NCBI GenBank assembly: GCA_022510905.1
Contig: JAFLSN010000001.1
Span: 181,001-205,000, forward strand
Length of the DNA stretch: 24,000 bases
Direction: 5' to 3'
Source of the DNA: Treponema sp.
Lineage (GTDB): Bacteria > Spirochaetota > Spirochaetia > Treponematales > Treponemataceae
In this document: piece by piece, positions 23,418 through 24,000 of the stretch
Position numbering within the stretch: the stretch's first letter is position 1
How the letters are laid out: each line of letters starts with the position of its first letter
Notes under the pieces: generated by a model
What the model was told of the DNA's origin: nothing
What the model saw: the letters and a program-made list of their open reading frames with translations, nothing else
The model's database searches: none
Program-made: the position numbers and the translations under genes

Positions 23418-24000
23418 ATGGACGAAAAAACTGAAAAACCAAAGACTGCACGCTCATTGGCACCGGGAACCATAGACAATACACGAAAAAACATCGGTCC
23501 CATCGACCCGCAAGAAGCAATGGTGCTTTCAAAAAAACTGGGCGGCGAAGTGCTTCCCGAACGTTCGGTGCCGCCAAACCCGTCCACACTGCCTAAACGC
23601 CACTCCCGCCCGGAAGTCATACGCGCATCAGGACGTTCCGCATCGGACATTGCAGCACAGAGCGCCTCTTTGTCTGCTATTTCAAGCCACCAGAAATCTA
23701 GTCCCTCCGTAAATCAAATGATGAGCGGTGATGCAAAAAAACAAAAAACCAGCGGAGATTTGCCCGCCATCAGCGCAAAAGAAATCAAACTGATGAACAA
23801 AGCCATGATGTCTTCGGAATATGCTATCAAACCGGATTTTGGTCTGTTTAACTTTATTTACCATTTGAACGTAAAAAACCGAGAACGGGTCTCAAAAGCA
23901 TTTACCGAATATTCTGTAAAAAAACACGTGGAGCACATGCAGGCATTTATCACCACAATAAAGTCTTTCATTCAGCTTTCTCCTGATGTTTACAAGAGCA
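23418..24000 (+). CDS. Hypothetical protein, 5' partial view (continues beyond the window)
   Basis: Absent from the ORF track because it is truncated. ATG 23418 lies 13 nt after the upstream stop, with GGGGGAA 7 nt upstream. Hand translation MDEKTEKPKTARSLAPGTIDNTRKNIGPIDPQEAMVLSKKLGGEVLPERSVPPNPSTLPKRHSRPEVIRASGRSASDIAAQSASLSAISSHQKSSPSVNQMMSGDAKKQKTSGDLPAISAKEIKLMNKAMMSSEYAIKPDFGLFNFIYHLNVKNRERVSKAFTEYSVKKHVEHMQAFITTIKSFIQLSPDVYKS is open to position 24000. The N-terminal roughly 110 aa look disordered (P/S/K-rich). Confidence 0.7.
   Translation, partial: MDEKTEKPKTARSLAPGTIDNTRKNIGPIDPQEAMVLSKKLGGEVLPERSVPPNPSTLPKRHSRPEVIRASGRSASDIAAQSASLSAISSHQKSSPSVNQMMSGDAKKQKTSGDLPAISAKEIKLMNKAMMSSEYAIKPDFGLFNFIYHLNVKNRERVSKAFTEYSVKKHVEHMQAFITTIKSFIQLSPDVYKS

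Noticed and set aside
1-24000. Scan for CRISPR arrays, tRNA/rRNA/tmRNA/RNase P/SRP signatures, transposases, integrases and phage or defence genes
   Set aside because: No regularly spaced direct repeats, no tRNA T-arm (GGTTCGAATCC-like) or other RNA hallmark sequences, and no ORF with recombinase, nuclease-helicase or toxin-like motifs were seen. This was by eye only, so short or divergent RNAs could be missed.

Overview
The window looks like ordinary chromosome from a roughly 45% GC bacterium. Gene content suggests a spirochaete, possibly Treponema-like; this rests on the fused Bat operon architecture, relaxed lipoboxes and the IF-1 sequence, with no database search. I support 20 protein-coding genes, 1 multiply frameshifted pseudogene, and no rRNA, tRNA, CRISPR, IS or prophage genes.

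Gene order:
- A truncated YtfQ-like sugar-binding lipoprotein (-).
- A translationally coupled six-gene Bat-type operon (+, 1447-8353): MoxR AAA+ ATPase, DUF58, a BatD-like/DUF4381-like membrane protein, BatA (VWA), a BatB-BatC fusion (VWA+TPR) and a BatD-BatE fusion (SH3).
- An Smr-domain protein, a membrane-anchored J-domain protein, infA (-) and a DksA/TraR zinc-finger protein.
- A PHP-family phosphatase and an unusual REC-STAS-REC protein (-).
- A decayed stretch holding a DJ-1/PfpI pseudogene, then a flavin reductase-like protein (-).
- A CreD-like membrane protein and a sensor kinase (-), divergent from an OmpR-family regulator (+).
- ackA (-), an orphan COG2984-type ABC substrate-binding lipoprotein (+), a small membrane protein, a DUF2804-like protein and a 5'-partial unknown gene.

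The most interesting signal is non-coding: a dispersed intergenic repeat family that no gene model explains.
- There are four clear copies (1189-1327 +, 19865-19967 +, 21010-21237 -, 22050-22123 +) and two or three degenerate ones.
- All share a conserved 5' block (GAATCAACACACCCYAACGCARAA), and the long forms share conserved internal blocks.
- All share a strongly conserved 3' block (CTTTCCGCACRAAY).
- Two copies in inverted orientation bracket the orphan binding-protein gene.

I found no recognisable defence, toxin-antitoxin or secretion system. All homology calls are by-eye motif recognition only.
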